Shown here: one piece after another, positions 1 to 12,900 of the stretch
How positions within the stretch are numbered: position 1 is the first letter of the stretch
Layout: every line of letters starts with the position of its first letter
NCBI GenBank assembly: GCA_030390025.1
Contig: CM059432.1
Coordinates: forward strand, 84,880,001-84,944,000
Length of the DNA stretch: 64,000 nucleotides
Direction of reading: 5' to 3'
Source: Squalus acanthias
Lineage: Eukaryota
The notes under the pieces: model-generated
Told to the model about the DNA's origin: nothing
Databases searched by the model: none
What the model saw: only the letters and a program-made list of their open reading frames with translations
Program-made: the position numbers and the translations under genes

Positions 1-750
1 AGGGCAGTGGTCAGTGAGTGTGGTGCAATGTGTTTGGGTGATGTGCCTGTCATAGTTGAATAGCTGGCAGTGTGTGCAAGCTGTAAGATGTGGGTGTGAG
101 GCTTGCAACAGTGGTAAGTGTGTGAGGGTGAGGTGAAGTTATGAATGTGCGGTATGAATTGTGATTGATAGAGATTGTTGGTAGGTGAGTGAAGGGGGTG
201 GTGTTGAATTGAGCAGTGTGTGAGCTTAGTGGTTCAGTTGTAAGGATATGGCATTTGAAGATGAATTCACTGACCATGACCATTCGTGTGAGGTCATTAA
301 ACTTTTTGTGGCGATGCATCCAGGTCCTCGGGGCTACACTGCTGGAATTGACTGTGATGACTATCTGCTCTCATTGCCTTGTCACAGTTTGTCTGGAGGG
401 CCTCCTGGCCCCCTATGTTAAAAACTAAGAGGGCTAAAAATTAGATTGCCCCCAAAAACTGGCATGAGGATTGTGATGCAGCCAGAATGCACCACCCCTT
501 TAAGAGGTGCAGGCTGGCTTTAATAAGTGCAGGCTAGCTTTAATTGGTGCTAGCCTCGCACAAACTTGGGCCCTCTGCTGAGCGTGCAGCTACTCAGCAG
601 CGCGTTCAGCACTGGGCTGCATGCCACAATCATTATAATTAGCAGGCAGCACGAAGTTTGCATGCTACTTGCATTACTTTGAACGGGCATGGGTTGATTG
701 TGCATCGCGATCCCCATGCCTGTTTTTGGGGGCAATCTAATTTTTAGCCC
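1..750 (-). mobile_element. Degenerate Harbinger transposon end with a Myb/SANT-like exon remnant
   Basis: Minus strand ~275-413 reads RRPSRQTVTRQ*EQIVITVNSSSVAPRTWMHRHKKFNDLTR, followed by a GTCAGT donor. A GGGCTAAAAATT-type terminus ends at 750. Confidence 0.7.
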
Positions 751-1659
751 TCTTAGTTTATAACATACAAATTCAATGCTGTTTTATTGTGATGGATTTT
801 GGCGGGCTCCTGAAAGTAGGCATGCTAAGCTCCTTTTAAATATGATCCAGGTTTTTTATAAATTGAAACAATCTAGGTGAAGTGTCCAGACCCATAGAAC
901 AGCACACCACTGGGCAGAACAGAGCTGGAGAGAAGATAAGGCAAATCTTTAAGAAGTGATTATGTTGTTGATATTTTCAATGACTTTATCTATTTACAAG
1001 CACACATTCAGAGAATTATATATTTGAACCCATAGACCACTTTGTTTACCCACATTCATCAGTGTCTTTCCATTCAGTGTATACTCCCATTCCTTGTATT
1101 TCCTCCCAAAATGTATTACCTCACACTTATCCAAGCAAACTTATATCTGGTGCCTGTCTGCCCATTCCTCTAACCTGCCTCTGCCTTCTTGAAATCTTTC
1201 CAGTCATTCTCAGTTTACTAAGCCAAACATATTCTATGCCCTAATAAAAACAGAAAATGCTGGAAATACTCAGCATGTCAGGTAGCATCTGTGGCAAGAG
1301 AAACAGAGTTAATGGCCGCGATCTCAGAGCGGCGGCGGACCTGCGGGAAACCAGGCGGCGGCGGCAAGACTCAAAAGAGGCGGCAGAGACCAGGTAGACG
1401 TACCAATCTCCGAGCTCAGAGGGAGGGAGAGAAATAAAAAGTAATCGAAGTGTGACATCACCAGAAAGCAGGTAAGTGATTGGTTGGTGAGTATTTCTCT
1501 CTTTTTAAACTTAAACTCTGTGGTTTATAGTTTCTAAGCTCTCTGTGGTTTAGCGGGGACTGTTGGTAAACCAGGGCCCTTATGTATATCATTTAACTGT
1601 AGTGTAATTGGTGGGATTGATTTGATTTAATTTAATTTGAATTAATTAAAGGGTAAGTC

Positions 1660-2610
1660 ATGGCAGGAGAGCTCGGCCCCGTGGTATGCTCCTCCTGCGC
1701 TATGTGGGAACTCAGGGACACTTCCTGTGCTCCTGACAACCACGTGTTCAGGAAGTGTATCCAGCTACAGCTACTGGCAGACCGCATTATGGCGCTGGAG
1801 CTGCGATTGGATACATACTGGACCATTCGCGATGCTGAGGACGTCGTGGATATCACGTTTGAGCAGTTGGTCACACCGCAGGCAAAGGATGCACAGGCAG
1901 AAAGGGAATGGGTGACCAACAGACAGAGTAGTAGGCGCAGGCAGGTAGTGCAGGAGTCCCCTGCGGACATCCCCCTCTCAAACAGATATACCACTTTGAA
2001 TACTGTTGGGGGGGATGGCTTATCAGAGGAAGGCAGCAGCAGCCAACTTCCTGGCACCAGGGGTGGCTCTGCTGCACAGGACGGGAGGAAAAAGAGGGGT
2101 AGAGCTATAGTGATAGGGGATTCTATTGTAAGGGGAATAGATAGGCGTTTCTGCGGCCGCAAACGAGACTCTAGGATGGTATGTTGCCTCCCTGGTGCAA
2201 GGGTCAAGGATGTCTCGGAGCGGCTGCAGAACATTTTGGAAGGGGAAGGTGAACAGCCAGTTGTCGTGGTGCATATAGGTACCAACGATATAGGTAAAAA
2301 AGGAGATGAGATCCTAAAAGCTGAATATAGGGAGTTAGGAGGTAAATTAAAAAATAGGACCTCAAAGGTAGTAATCTCCGGATTGCTACCAGTGCCACGT
2401 GCTAGTCAGAGTAGAAATAGAAGGATATTTCAGATGAATACGTGGCTAGAGGAATGGTGCAAGGGGGAGGGATTCAAATTCCTGGGACATTGGAACCAGT
2501 TCTGGGGGAGGTGGGACCAGTACAAACCGGACGGTTTGCACCTGGGCAGGGCCGGGACCGATGTCCTAGGGGGAGTGTTTGCTAGTGCTCTGGGGGAGGG
2601 TTTAAACTAA
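1660..2610 (+). CDS. CR1 ORF1p: Cys-motif/leucine-zipper N-terminus plus SGNH/GDSL esterase domain
   Basis: Intact 316 aa with CSSC, heptad leucines, GDS, HIGTND and DGLH esterase blocks. Confidence 0.9.
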   Translation: MAGELGPVVCSSCAMWELRDTSCAPDNHVFRKCIQLQLLADRIMALELRLDTYWTIRDAEDVVDITFEQLVTPQAKDAQAEREWVTNRQSSRRRQVVQESPADIPLSNRYTTLNTVGGDGLSEEGSSSQLPGTRGGSAAQDGRKKRGRAIVIGDSIVRGIDRRFCGRKRDSRMVCCLPGARVKDVSERLQNILEGEGEQPVVVVHIGTNDIGKKGDEILKAEYRELGGKLKNRTSKVVISGLLPVPRASQSRNRRIFQMNTWLEEWCKGEGFKFLGHWNQFWGRWDQYKPDGLHLGRAGTDVLGGVFASALGEGLN

Positions 2611-2797
2611 AATGGCAGGGGGTTGGGAACCTGAGCAGGGAGACAGAGGAAAGGGAAACAAGGATAAAAGCAAAAGATAGGAAGGAGAAAAACAAAAGTG
2701 GCAGTCAGAGAAATCAACGGTTTAAATCAAACATGGCCACTGTAAATAATAATTCTAATAGGTCTAAGAGCGTTAAAAAAACAAGCCTGAAGGCTTT

Positions 2798-3540
2798 GGG
2801 GTAAAAATTGAGTCGCGCCCCATTTGGGGCGCTAACCTCGCCGGGGCGCGACTTTTAGCGCCCCGAAAAAATTAGCGGCCCCGCGCCGGAACTTCAGTGG
2901 TTGCGCCCCAAGAGGGAAGCGGGGCGCAACTGGAAGCACCCCGCATCCCTCTTGGGGCGCTGCGAGGGAATATCCTGGCGCTACGTGCCGCGGTATTGCA
3001 GGCCTTCCTCCCCTTCTTAAAGGGGAGGGACCCTGCGCAGCGCGAACCGGGGCCCAGCTGGGCTCCCAGGGATCGGGAGTGCCGGCAAAAGAGCCCGGCA
3101 CTCAAGAGAAGTGCCGGGCTCTTGGAGCGCAGCTGGCACTTCACGGTGGGGGGGCTTCACGGGGGCCGGGGACAGCAACGGGGGCAGGTGCTGGCAGGCG
3201 GCCAGCAACAAAAATGGCCGCCTGCCACCTCCCCTTTAAATATCGCCGCCCCGGCCGCACGTACGCCTACCTGAACCCGTCGGACATAGCGTCTGGCGGT
3301 AAATCAGGGGGCGCGACTGAAGATCGCGGCTGGAGCGCGAGCGGGGTGCTGCGCACGGCGATGACGTCATCGCCGGCGGCGCAGCGCCACAGGGCGCTAC
3401 CGGCTGGCGCCGCCGCTAACCTCCCGCTGAATTTTACGGGAGGCGTGGGCGGCGCTGCGCCCGGGCGTTAGCTGCTTTACGCCCCATTAGCGCCCTCTTA
3501 AGGCGCTAACGGGAGGCGCAAGCAGCTGAATTTTTCCCCC
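2798..3540. mobile_element. GC-rich Harbinger-type MITE inserted in CR1 ORF2
   Basis: TIRs GGGGTAAAAATT / AATTTTTCCCCC and 3-bp TSD TTT. Removing it restores SLKALCLNARS. Confidence 0.9.
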
Positions 3541-6418
3541 TTTGTGTCTTAATGCGAGGAGCATTCAGAATAAGGTGGATGAATTAGCTGCGCAAATAGA
3601 GGTAAACGAATGTGATTTGATTGGGATTACGGAAACATGGCTCCAGGGTGGCCAAGGCTGGGAACTCAACATCCAGGGGTATTCAATATTCAGGAAAGAT
3701 AGGCAAAAAGGAAAGGGAGGTGGCGTAGCATTGCTGGTTAAAGAGGGGATTAACACAATTGTAAGGAAGGATATTAGCTCTGATGATGTGAAATCTGTAT
3801 GGGTAGAACTGAGAAATACCAAGGGGCAGAAAACGTTAGTGGGAGTGGTATATAGACCTCCAAACAGTAATGTGGAGGTTGGGAATGGCATTAAAAGGGA
3901 AATTAGAGAAGCGTGCAATAAGGGCACAGCAGTCATCATGGGTGACTTTAATCTACATGTAGATTGGGCTAACCAAATTAGTAACAATACTGTGGAGGAG
4001 GAATTCCTGGAGTGTTTACGGGATGGTTTCCTGGACCAATATGTCGAGGAACCAACCAGAGAGCAGGCCATCTTAGACTGGGTATTATGTAATGAGAAAG
4101 GATTAATTAGCAATCTTGTTGTGCGAGGCCCCTTGGGTCGGAGCGATCATAATATGATAGAATTCTTCATTAAGATGGAGAGTGAAGTAGTTGACTCAGA
4201 GACTAGGGTTCTGAATTTAAATAAAGGAAACTATGATGGTATGAGGCGCAAGTTGGGTAGGATTGATTGGGGAATGTCACTCAAAGGGTTGATGGTGGAT
4301 AGGCAATGGCAAACATTCAAAGACCGCATGGATGAACTACAGAATTTGTTCATCCCAGTTTGGCATAAGAATAAAACAAAAAAGGTGACTCAACTGTGCT
4401 AACAAGGGAAATTAGGGATAGCATAAGATCCAAGGAGAGGTCATATAAATTGGCCAGAAAAAGCAGTTAACCTGAGGATTGGGAGCAGTTTAGGATTCAA
4501 CAAAGGAGGACAAAGGGATTAATTAAGAAGGGGGAAATAGAATGTGAGAGGAAGCTTACAGGGAACATAAAAACTAACTGTAAAAGCTTTTTTAGATATG
4601 TGAAGAGAAAAAGATTGGTGAAGTCAAGCGTAGGTCCCTTGCAGTCAGAATCAGGGGAACTTATAATGGGGAACAAAGAAATGGCTGACCAATTAAATAC
4701 ATATTTTGGTTCTGTCTTCACAAAGGAGGACACAAATAACCTCCCAGAGATGTCGGCGAACATAGGGTCTGATGAAAGGGAGGAACTGAAAGAAATCAGT
4801 ATTTGTAGGGAAATGGTGTTAGGGAAATTGGCGGGATTGAAGGCCGATAAATCCCCAGGGCCTGATAATCTACATCCTAGGGTACTTAAGGAAGTGGCCC
4901 TAGAAATAGTAGATGCATTGCTGATCATCTTCCAACATTCGATGGAATCTGGAACAATACCCATGGATTGGAGGGTAGCTAATGTTACCCCACTATTCAA
5001 AAAAGGTGGTAGAGAGAAAACGGGGAATTACAGACATTGGTAGTGGGCAAAATACTAGAGTCCATTATAAAAGATGTAATAGCAGAGCACTTGGAAAACA
5101 GTGACAGGATCGGACAAAGTCAACATGGATTTACAAAAGGTAAATCGTGCTTGACTAATCTACTGGAATTTTTTGAGGATGTAACTGGTAAAATAGATAA
5201 GGGAGATCCAGTGGATGTGGTGTATTTGGACTTTCAAAAGGCTTTCAATAAGGTCCCGCATAAGAGATTAGCGTGTAAAGTTAAGGCACATGGGATTCGG
5301 GGCAAGGTATTGACTTAGATAGAGAACTGGTTGGCAGACAGAAAGCAAAGAGTTGGAATAAACGAGTCTTTTTCCGAGTGGCAGGCAGTGACTAGTGGGG
5401 TACCGCAGGGATCGGTTCTTGTACCCCAGCTATTCACAATATATATTAATGATCTAGACAAGGGAACTAGATGTAATATCTCCAAGTTTGCAGACAAAAC
5501 AAAGCTGGGTGGGCGTGTGTGCTGTGAGGAGGATACCGAGAAACTCCAGGATGATTTGGACAGGTTGGGTGATTGGGCAGAAGCATGGCAGATGCAATAT
5601 AACGTGGATAAATGCGAGGTTATCCACTTTGGTGTCAAAAACAGGAAGGCAGATTATTATCTGAATGGCAATAGATTGGGAGAAGGGGAAGTGCAACGAG
5701 ACCTGGGTGTCCTTGTGCACCAGTCGCTGAAGGTAAGCATGCAGGTGCAGCAGGCGGTTAAGAAGGCAAATGGTATGTTGGCCTTCGTAGCGAGAGGGTT
5801 TGAGTACAGGAACAAGGATGTCTTGCTGCAGTTGTACAGGGCCTTGGTGAGACCACATCTTGAGTATTGTGTGCAGTTTTGGTCGCCTTATCTGAGGAGG
5901 GAGGTTCTTGCCATGGAAGGAGTTCAGCGAAGATTCACCAGGCTGGTACCTGGGATGGCAGGAATGATGTATGAGGAGAGATTGGGTCGATTGGGCTTAT
6001 ACTCGCTGGAGTTTAGAAGAATGAGAGGGGATCTCATTGAAACTTATAAAATTCTAAAAGGACTGGACAGACTAGATGCAGGAAGGATGTTCCCGATGGT
6101 CGGGGAGTCCAGAACCAGGGGTCACAGTCTAAGGATAAGGGGTAAGCCATTTAGGACAGAAATGAGGAGGAATTTCTTCACCCAGAGAGTGGTGAACCTG
6201 TGGAATTCTCTACCACAGAAGGCAGTAGAGGCCAATTTATTAAATATATTCAAGAAGGAGTTGGATATTTTTCTTAAGGCTAAAGGGATCAAGGGATATG
6301 GGGAGAAAGCAGTGACAGGGTTCTGAATTTGAATGATCAGCCATGATCGCATTGAATGGTGGAGCAGGCTAGAGGGGCCGAATGGCCTACTCCTGCTCCT
6401 ATTTTCTATGTTTCTATG

Positions 6419-7253
6419 ATCTTACCTGAGGAGGCGCGTTGGGAGCGGGACTGCTGGATTCCGGGTTCTAGTCCTGCCTCCAGCGATGTCTGATGAACAG
6501 ACGCTATTTTTCCTTGGTCTTACCGGCCAATTAAGGGAAATTAAGGGAAAACCGGTGTCAGATGACGTCAGTGCATGACGCTTCATCTGCCGGTTTTCTT
6601 AAAGGGACAGGTCCCATAATTTTTTGACAGATGAATTGTCAGTGTTTGACAGCATTGAGGTGCTGTCAAACACTGACAATCACTGTCCAAAGGTGAGCCC
6701 TTGCAGCCAGGCACACCAATTACTCTCTCCTTAGGAGAAAACATATGGCAGCTGCATGTGAGATTGCAGAAGCCATCTGTCAATTCTCCTGATCAGATGA
6801 GGCTTCACAGAAACCTTAAATCTTGTCACCTGCAGATACATATAAACAGAATAAAAATATTTCTCACTACATTCTCTCACCTGTCATACTTACCTGTGCA
6901 CCATTGCACCCATCACACTACCTCTGCAGCTATCATTTGCACACTTACACTGCAGCAGACCCACAGCTCGCCTCGCTGACCCTGGCGGGGTTTCCCGACA
7001 TCCGGAAGCCCGCATCAGCAGGCGGAAAATGATGAAAAGCCTCTTAACTACCTGTTAACTACCGGTTAACAGGCAGTTAATTGGCTCTAATCCCCTTCCC
7101 GCCGCTAGGAGATGGGTCCCTGTGCGAGTCGGGGACCCGCCTCCTGGGAAGATGGTTCGGAGGCAGGTTGGGAGCGGGGTTGGGACCCACTCCCAATTTT
7201 TCCCAGCAGTCCCGCCTTCAAACCCACCTCCTCGGGGCTGGTAAAATCCAGCC
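6419..7253. mobile_element. Non-autonomous Harbinger-like element, right portion only
   Basis: Ends GGTAAAATCCAGCC followed by TAA. No left TIR is visible. Confidence 0.55.
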
Positions 7254-8488
7254 TAACGTTTCAGGTCGATGACCTGACAAAAGGTCATCGACCTGAAACA
7301 TTAACTAATTTTCTCTCTCCACAGATGCTGCCTGACCTGCTGAGTATTCCCAGCATTTTCTGTTTTTATTTCAGATTTCCAGCATCCGCAGTAGTTTGCT
7401 TTTGTATTAATGTTCTATGCCCCATTTGGCCTCCTTAACCAGGGGGGGCAATACAAAAATCTTGCTTTTTAAAATGCTCTTATATCTAGGGGTCTAGGCT
7501 GCTTCCCTGGTCTGGACCTCCCCAGTGGGGCCCCAGTGTAGGGAGCCCCCATTTCTGGTCCCACCTGCTCCACCTCTGTCACCCTACAATGAGTGGCACG
7601 GGGTTCCACCTAACACAAGCAGGAAATCCCAGTTTAGGTCAGGACTCAGCAGAATGGCTAAGATTATCATGAACAGAAGAGATGTTTTTACACAGAGGGT
7701 TGTTAGAACATGGAATTCCCTACCAGAAGCAATGGTTGGAGCAGAATCCATAATGGATTTTAAAAGGGAAGTGGATGATTATTTGAGAAAAAATTTTTTA
7801 AGGAAAATAGAAAGAGGCATGGGTCTAAGGGGATAGCTGTTTCAGGGAGCTGGCACAGGGTGATAGGTTGAAAGACCTCCTTCCGTGCTGAAAAATTCTG
7901 ATTCTAAAATATAATAGGGTAAGATGCGAGTCAGTGAGCGAGGCTCCCTGCCAGCCGGCCACTCATAAAATTACCCCAGTATGTAAAAAAAAAAGCCTTT
8001 TATTGTATGCAGTTCATCAAAACTTTTGCTGCAGGAATTTTGGGGCAGCTCAGCCCAGTACCTACTGAGTATGGATCCACAACATAAAACTGCTCAGAAT
8101 TGGTTATACGTCATTGTTACTACATTGTCAATCTTGCTTAGGGGGGGGCCATAAAACGATAGCTGGTGTGAGAAAAGAAGTGTTACATTGGTACAGTAAG
8201 GAGCATTCCTCTGAAGTGAGGATTAAAGTATATTGCTTGGACAGAATAGAAGAAACCTACCTGATGCTGAGTGCAAACAATGGGAAAGTGATCGATTCCC
8301 CAGCAGTGACACCTCTCACTGAGTTTAGCAAAAGAAAGAAAGAAATGGGAGGCCCTTCTGTGCTCATTTCTAAAGCCAGTAACTTGCTGCTTGTCTCAAG
8401 CTATAAAAGAAGCTACATAACCTATTTATAGTGAACAATCTGAAAGGTAGAAATTGCTCATGCAAAATCATTCTCAGTGCTCAGTTAC

Positions 8489-8653
8489 CGCATGAAAAGA
8501 GCTCCTTTACTGAGGAGCAGTTGAACCACTTTGGTGTGCCCGTTCTGGGCCGCCAGGAGCAGTGGAGTCATTCCTTTCTCATCTCCTTCATTCAGAGGTT
8601 TTGTCTCATTTATGTTTTGCAGCAGCAGTTTGCATGTGTTGAGCCGGCCATAA
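8489..8653 (-). CDS. TRPA1: TRPA1 exon 12 (YGRLNTCKLLLQNINETKPLNEGDEKGMTPLLLAAQNGHTKVVQLLLSKGALFM)
   Basis: actacag acceptor, GTAACT donor, 165 nt. No later exon was found inside the window. Confidence 0.96.
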
Positions 8654-9112
8654 CTGTAGTTAAAGATAAATTGGTGTCATTAGTGTTATTTTTGTACAAT
8701 TTGTCAAAAAAACATATAGGGAACTGTAAATATTTGTTTAAATAAATTGTCATGGGAATTAAAATAGGCATGCTAGATATACACAGTTGGTGTCTAAGGG
8801 GGGAAACCAATTAATTTTTCTGGTGCTTCTGAACTGCTGAAGAGTTTCACCAGAAATGTTAACCGGTCCCTCATTCAGTTACTGACTGACGTGCTGTGTA
8901 TTTCCAAGCCTGGACCCCAGGTGGGCTACACTTGATCCACTGAGCCGATAGGTTCACCCCTGTGTCCAAGTCACTCACCGGTACGGAGGCTGGGTGAACA
9001 AAGTGCCATTCCTCCTCCCCAGTATTGCTAAAGACCAGGAGACCAAAATTCCTCGGTCCCAACATCGCTCCGGCAGGGTAACTCAGGTGCAGGTGGCCAG
9101 ATAAAGGTAGAA

Positions 9113-10215
9113 ATGCTGGTGGAACCCAGGAATACCAGGTCTCCTGGCTTCTTTTCTCCACTACCAACTGTCTCCTTAAACCCCTCTCCCCTGCCCCCTT
9201 CACCTTCACCTCCAACAATGGGTGCGAAGAGCTCATGGATTTCTTTGTCACTAACATTGAGACCAACCTTTCAGCTGCCTCTGCTGCTTCCCCCCGCCCC
9301 CATTCCCCTTACCCACTAAACCAAACTATTCCAGTCACCCCCTTGCCCCAGCCTGAATCCGCGTCTCACTCGGGTTTCTCCGCCATCTTCCCTCATGCCC
9401 TCCCTGGGCTTATCTCGTCCGTAAGACCCATCTCTTGCTGCCTTGACCCCATTCCCACTACACTGATGACCACCCAACTTCCCTTCCTGGCATCCACGCC
9501 AGTTGACATTGTAAATGGTTCCCTCTCCTCAGCTACTGTCGCCCTCCTCCTCAAACCCTCTGTCCTTATAAACTACTGCCTCAGCTCCAATCTCCCTTCC
9601 CTCTCCAAAGTCCTTGAATAGGTTGGCACCTAAAAAATCCATGCCCATCTTTCTCGCAACTGCCTGTTTGAATCTCTGCAATCAGGTTTCTGCCCCTGCC
9701 ACAACACTGAAACAACTAAAACCAAAGTCACAAATGACAAACCTATCCAATCATAGTCATCTCCAGCAATGGCTTTACCCTCTGTAAACTTCAGTTAATC
9801 CAAAATTCTGCTGCCCATATTCTATCCCGCACCAAGTCCCTCTCACACACACTCCTGCCTGTGTTGAATTACACTGGCTTCCAGTCCCCCAACACCTTAA
9901 ATTTAAAATTGTTATCCTCGTGTTTAAATCCCTTCATGGGCCTCACCCCTTTCTGTGTATATAACCATGTCCAGTTCTACAATCCCCCACACCGAACCCT
10001 CCATTCCTCTGAATCTGGTCTCTTCAGCTTCCCCCCAACCCTTCATCTCACCATTGACAACCGTGCCTTCTGTCACCCAGGCCTCCTGCTCTGGAATTGT
10101 ATTCTTAATCCCTTAACCTCTCCACTTCCCTCTTCTCCTATAGAACCCTGTTTAAAACCCACTTCTTTGACCTAGCTTTTGTTTGCCCTTCCTAATATCA
10201 ACTTCTTTGGCTTGG
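9113..10215 (+). mobile_element. Degenerate L2 LINE fragments
   Basis: SCCLDPIPT, SNLPSLSKVLE and L2-like 3' region. Confidence 0.8.
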
Positions 10216-10629
10216 CATCCAGTTTAGCCATTTTTCTTTTGATGGTGTCAGCCAGTCAGTGGTAACATGCACGCCTCTGAGTCAGAAGGTTGCGGATTCA
10301 AACCCCACTCCAGAGACTTGAGTACGTAATCTAGGCTAACTGAAGGTGCCATCTCTTGGATGAGACATTAAACCGATGCCCCATCTGCCCTCTCAGGTGG
10401 ATTACATAGAATTTATTGCACAGAAACAGGCCATTCGGCCCAACAGGTCAATGCCGGTGTTTATGCGCCACATGAGCCTCTTTCCACTCTACTTTATCTG
10501 ACCCTATCAGTATATCATGCTATTTTGTTCTCCCTCATGTACTTATCTAACTTCCCCTTAAATGCATCTATGTTATTCGCCTCAACTAACCATTCTCGGG
10601 GTAAAGAAGTTCCTTATTAGATTTATTAG

Positions 10630-11065
10630 TGGCTCAGTTGGTAGCACCCTCACCTCCGAGTCAGGAGGTAGTGGGTTCATAATCCCACTCTAGAGACTTG
10701 AGCACAAAAATCTAGGCTGACACTCCAGTTCAGTACCAAGGGAGTGCTGCACTGTTGGAGGTGCCATCTTTCGGATGAGACATTAAACCGAGGCCCCGTC
10801 TGCCCTCTCAGGTGGATGTAAAAGATCCCATGGCACTATTTTGAAGAAGAGTAGAGGAGTTATCCCCGGTGTCCTGGCCAATATTTATCCCTCAATCAAC
10901 ATCACTGAAACAGATTATCTGGTCATTATCACATTGCTGTTTGTGGGAGCTTGCTGTGCACAAATTGGCTGCCACTTCAAAAAGTACTTAATTGGCTGTA
11001 AAACGCTTTGGGATGTCAGGTGGTCATGAAAAGTGCTATATAAATGCAAGCCTTTCTTTCTTTTT
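10630..11065 (+). mobile_element. tRNA-derived Deu-domain SINE (SacSINE1/AmnSINE-like). Further fragments at ~10250-10400, 11210-11525, 15316-15535(-) and 29120-29360(-).
   Basis: A/B-box head (tggctcagttggt...gggttca), core ggatgagacattaaaccgaggcccc...gatcccatggcacta, L2-like tail. Confidence 0.8.
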
Positions 11066-11982
11066 ATGACCCCTAGTTTTTGACTCCCCCACAAGTGGAA
11101 ACATCTTCTCTATGTCTAATTAGTCTAGATTCTAAAGACTAGTATGGGTACATCACAAATGCAAAAATTGCATTCAATACCTAGAAGTGTTTTGTGGTCC
11201 CAACAACCAGGTTATAAAAGATCCCATGGCACTTTTCGAGGAAGAGTGGGAATGTTTTCCCATGTCCTGCTCAACCAACATCACTAAAAAACAGATTATC
11301 TGGTCATTTATCTGTTTGTGGGACCTTGCTGTGTGTAAATTGGCTCCCGTTTTTCACAACATTACAACAGTGAGTACATTTCAAAAGTATTTAATTTACT
11401 CTGGGATGTCCTGAGGACGAGGAAGGTGCTATATAAATGCAAGTTCTTTCTCTCTTTATATGAAGCACTTTGGGATATTTTTCTATGTTAAAGATGCTAC
11501 ATAAATGCAAGTTGTTGTTATTGATGTCACTTATCACCTGCATTTTAACTGAGATGGTTGAGGAGCCCGCCATAAGCACATGGGAAACTCATGAATTTAT
11601 GCAAGTCAGGGTCCCATTACATCAATGGTACCTTAGTTGCATTTGAACCTGGGCTTGAGCGGGGAAACTGCCACAGCTTTCCAGCTAGATGGAAGCAGGT
11701 CGGAAGCTGTCAGGAAGGGCAAAGTGGCCCTCCAAGGCAAGTGAAAAACTTTCCTTTGTGGGGTCAGGAGGAGCTGCAGTGCTCCTCCAGACCCCGCAAG
11801 GAAAGTTTTATACTTGGCTTGGACTCCCTCCTGCGAGACCCACCCGAAACCCCTTCCCTGCATGTTATCTGCTTGCCAGTGATCCTCTCTTTGGTGATGG
11901 CCAGCAGCCTCTGACTACCCAAACGTCTTCGCCCTCCTGCTGGCTAGGTGCCGTTTTCTGCCTGTTTTGAGCGGCAGCTCAC

Positions 11983-12900
11983 AACAACAACAACTTGTAT
12001 TTATATAGCGTCTTTAACATAGTAAAATGGCCCAAAGTGCTTCACAGGAGCATTATCAAACAAAATTTGACACCGAACTACATAACGAGATATTAGGGCA
12101 GATGACCAAAAGCTTGGTCAAAGCGGTAGGCTTTAAGGAATGTCTTAAAGGAGGAAAGAGAGGTAGAGATGTAGAGAGGTGGAGAGCTTTAGGGAGGAAA
12201 TTCCAGAGCTTAGGGCCTTGGCAGCTGAAGGTATGACCGCCAATGGACAAGCGATTAATATTGGGGATGCTCAAGAGCCCAGAATTGGAGGAGCACAGAT
12301 ATCTCACAGGGTTGCAGGGCTGAAGGAGATTATGGAGATAGGGAAGGGGAGGCCATGGAGGGATCTGAAAACAAGGATGAGAATTTTAAAATCGAGGCCT
12401 TGCTTAATCAGGAGCCAAAGTAGGTCAGTGAGCACAGGGGCAATGGGTGAACGAGATTTGGTGCGAGTTAGTGCACGAGCAGCAGGGTTTTGGATGACCT
12501 CAAGTTTACAGAGGGTAGAACGTGGGAGGCCAACCAGGAATGATTTGGAAAAGTCAAGTCTAGAGGTAACCAAGGCATGGATGAGGGTTTCTGCAGCAGA
12601 TGAGCTGAGGCGGGGCGGAGTCGGGCGATGTTATGGAGCTCGAAATAGGCGATGTTAGTGATAGCATGGATATGTGGTCGGAAACTCAGCTCGGGGTCAA
12701 ATATGACAGCAAGTTTGCGAACAGTCTGGTTCAGCCTCAGTCACATGCCAGGGAGAGGGATGGAGTCTGAGGCTAGGGAACGGAGTTACTGGCGGGAGCC
12801 GAAAACAATGGCTTCGGTCTCCCCAATATTTAGTTGGAGGAAATTTCTCCTCATCCAGTATTGGATGTCGGTCAAGCAGTCTGGCAATTTAGAGACAGTG
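11983..12900 (-). mobile_element. 5'-truncated L2 LINE
   Basis: VIQNPAARALTRTKSRSPIAPVLTDLLWL; (TTG)n tail. Confidence 0.85.

Larger units (their letters stand above)
1313..6418 (+). mobile_element. Near full-length CR1 LINE, with ORF2 disrupted
   Basis: GC-rich 5' UTR, ORF1, APE endonuclease (CLNARS, GDFN, SDHN) and RT (YLDFQKAF, GVPQGSVL). 3' tail (tttctatg)n. ORF2 has stops, frameshifts and a MITE insertion. Confidence 0.95.
1242..7409. mobile_element. Fold-back Penelope-derived element (arms 1242-1312 and 7254-7409) split by a 5.9-kb nested insertion
   Basis: Arm 1243-1312 is the reverse complement of 7301-7370. A 13-bp TSD at(a/g)ttctatgccc lies at 1229-1241 and 7410-7422. The sequence resembles the Penelope 3' end at 15261-15315. 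Confidence 0.8.

Noticed and set aside
2832..3471. Several overlapping GC-rich ORFs
   Set aside because: They lie within a non-coding MITE, and high GC explains the lack of stops.
8261..8400. AG/GT-bounded 140-nt segment as possible TRPA1 exon 13
   Set aside because: It has an in-frame stop after about 10 codons and no ankyrin similarity. True exon 13 is probably outside the window.
10630..10700. tRNA-like sequence
   Set aside because: It is the head of a SINE, continuing into Deu core and LINE tail, with no intact cloverleaf.
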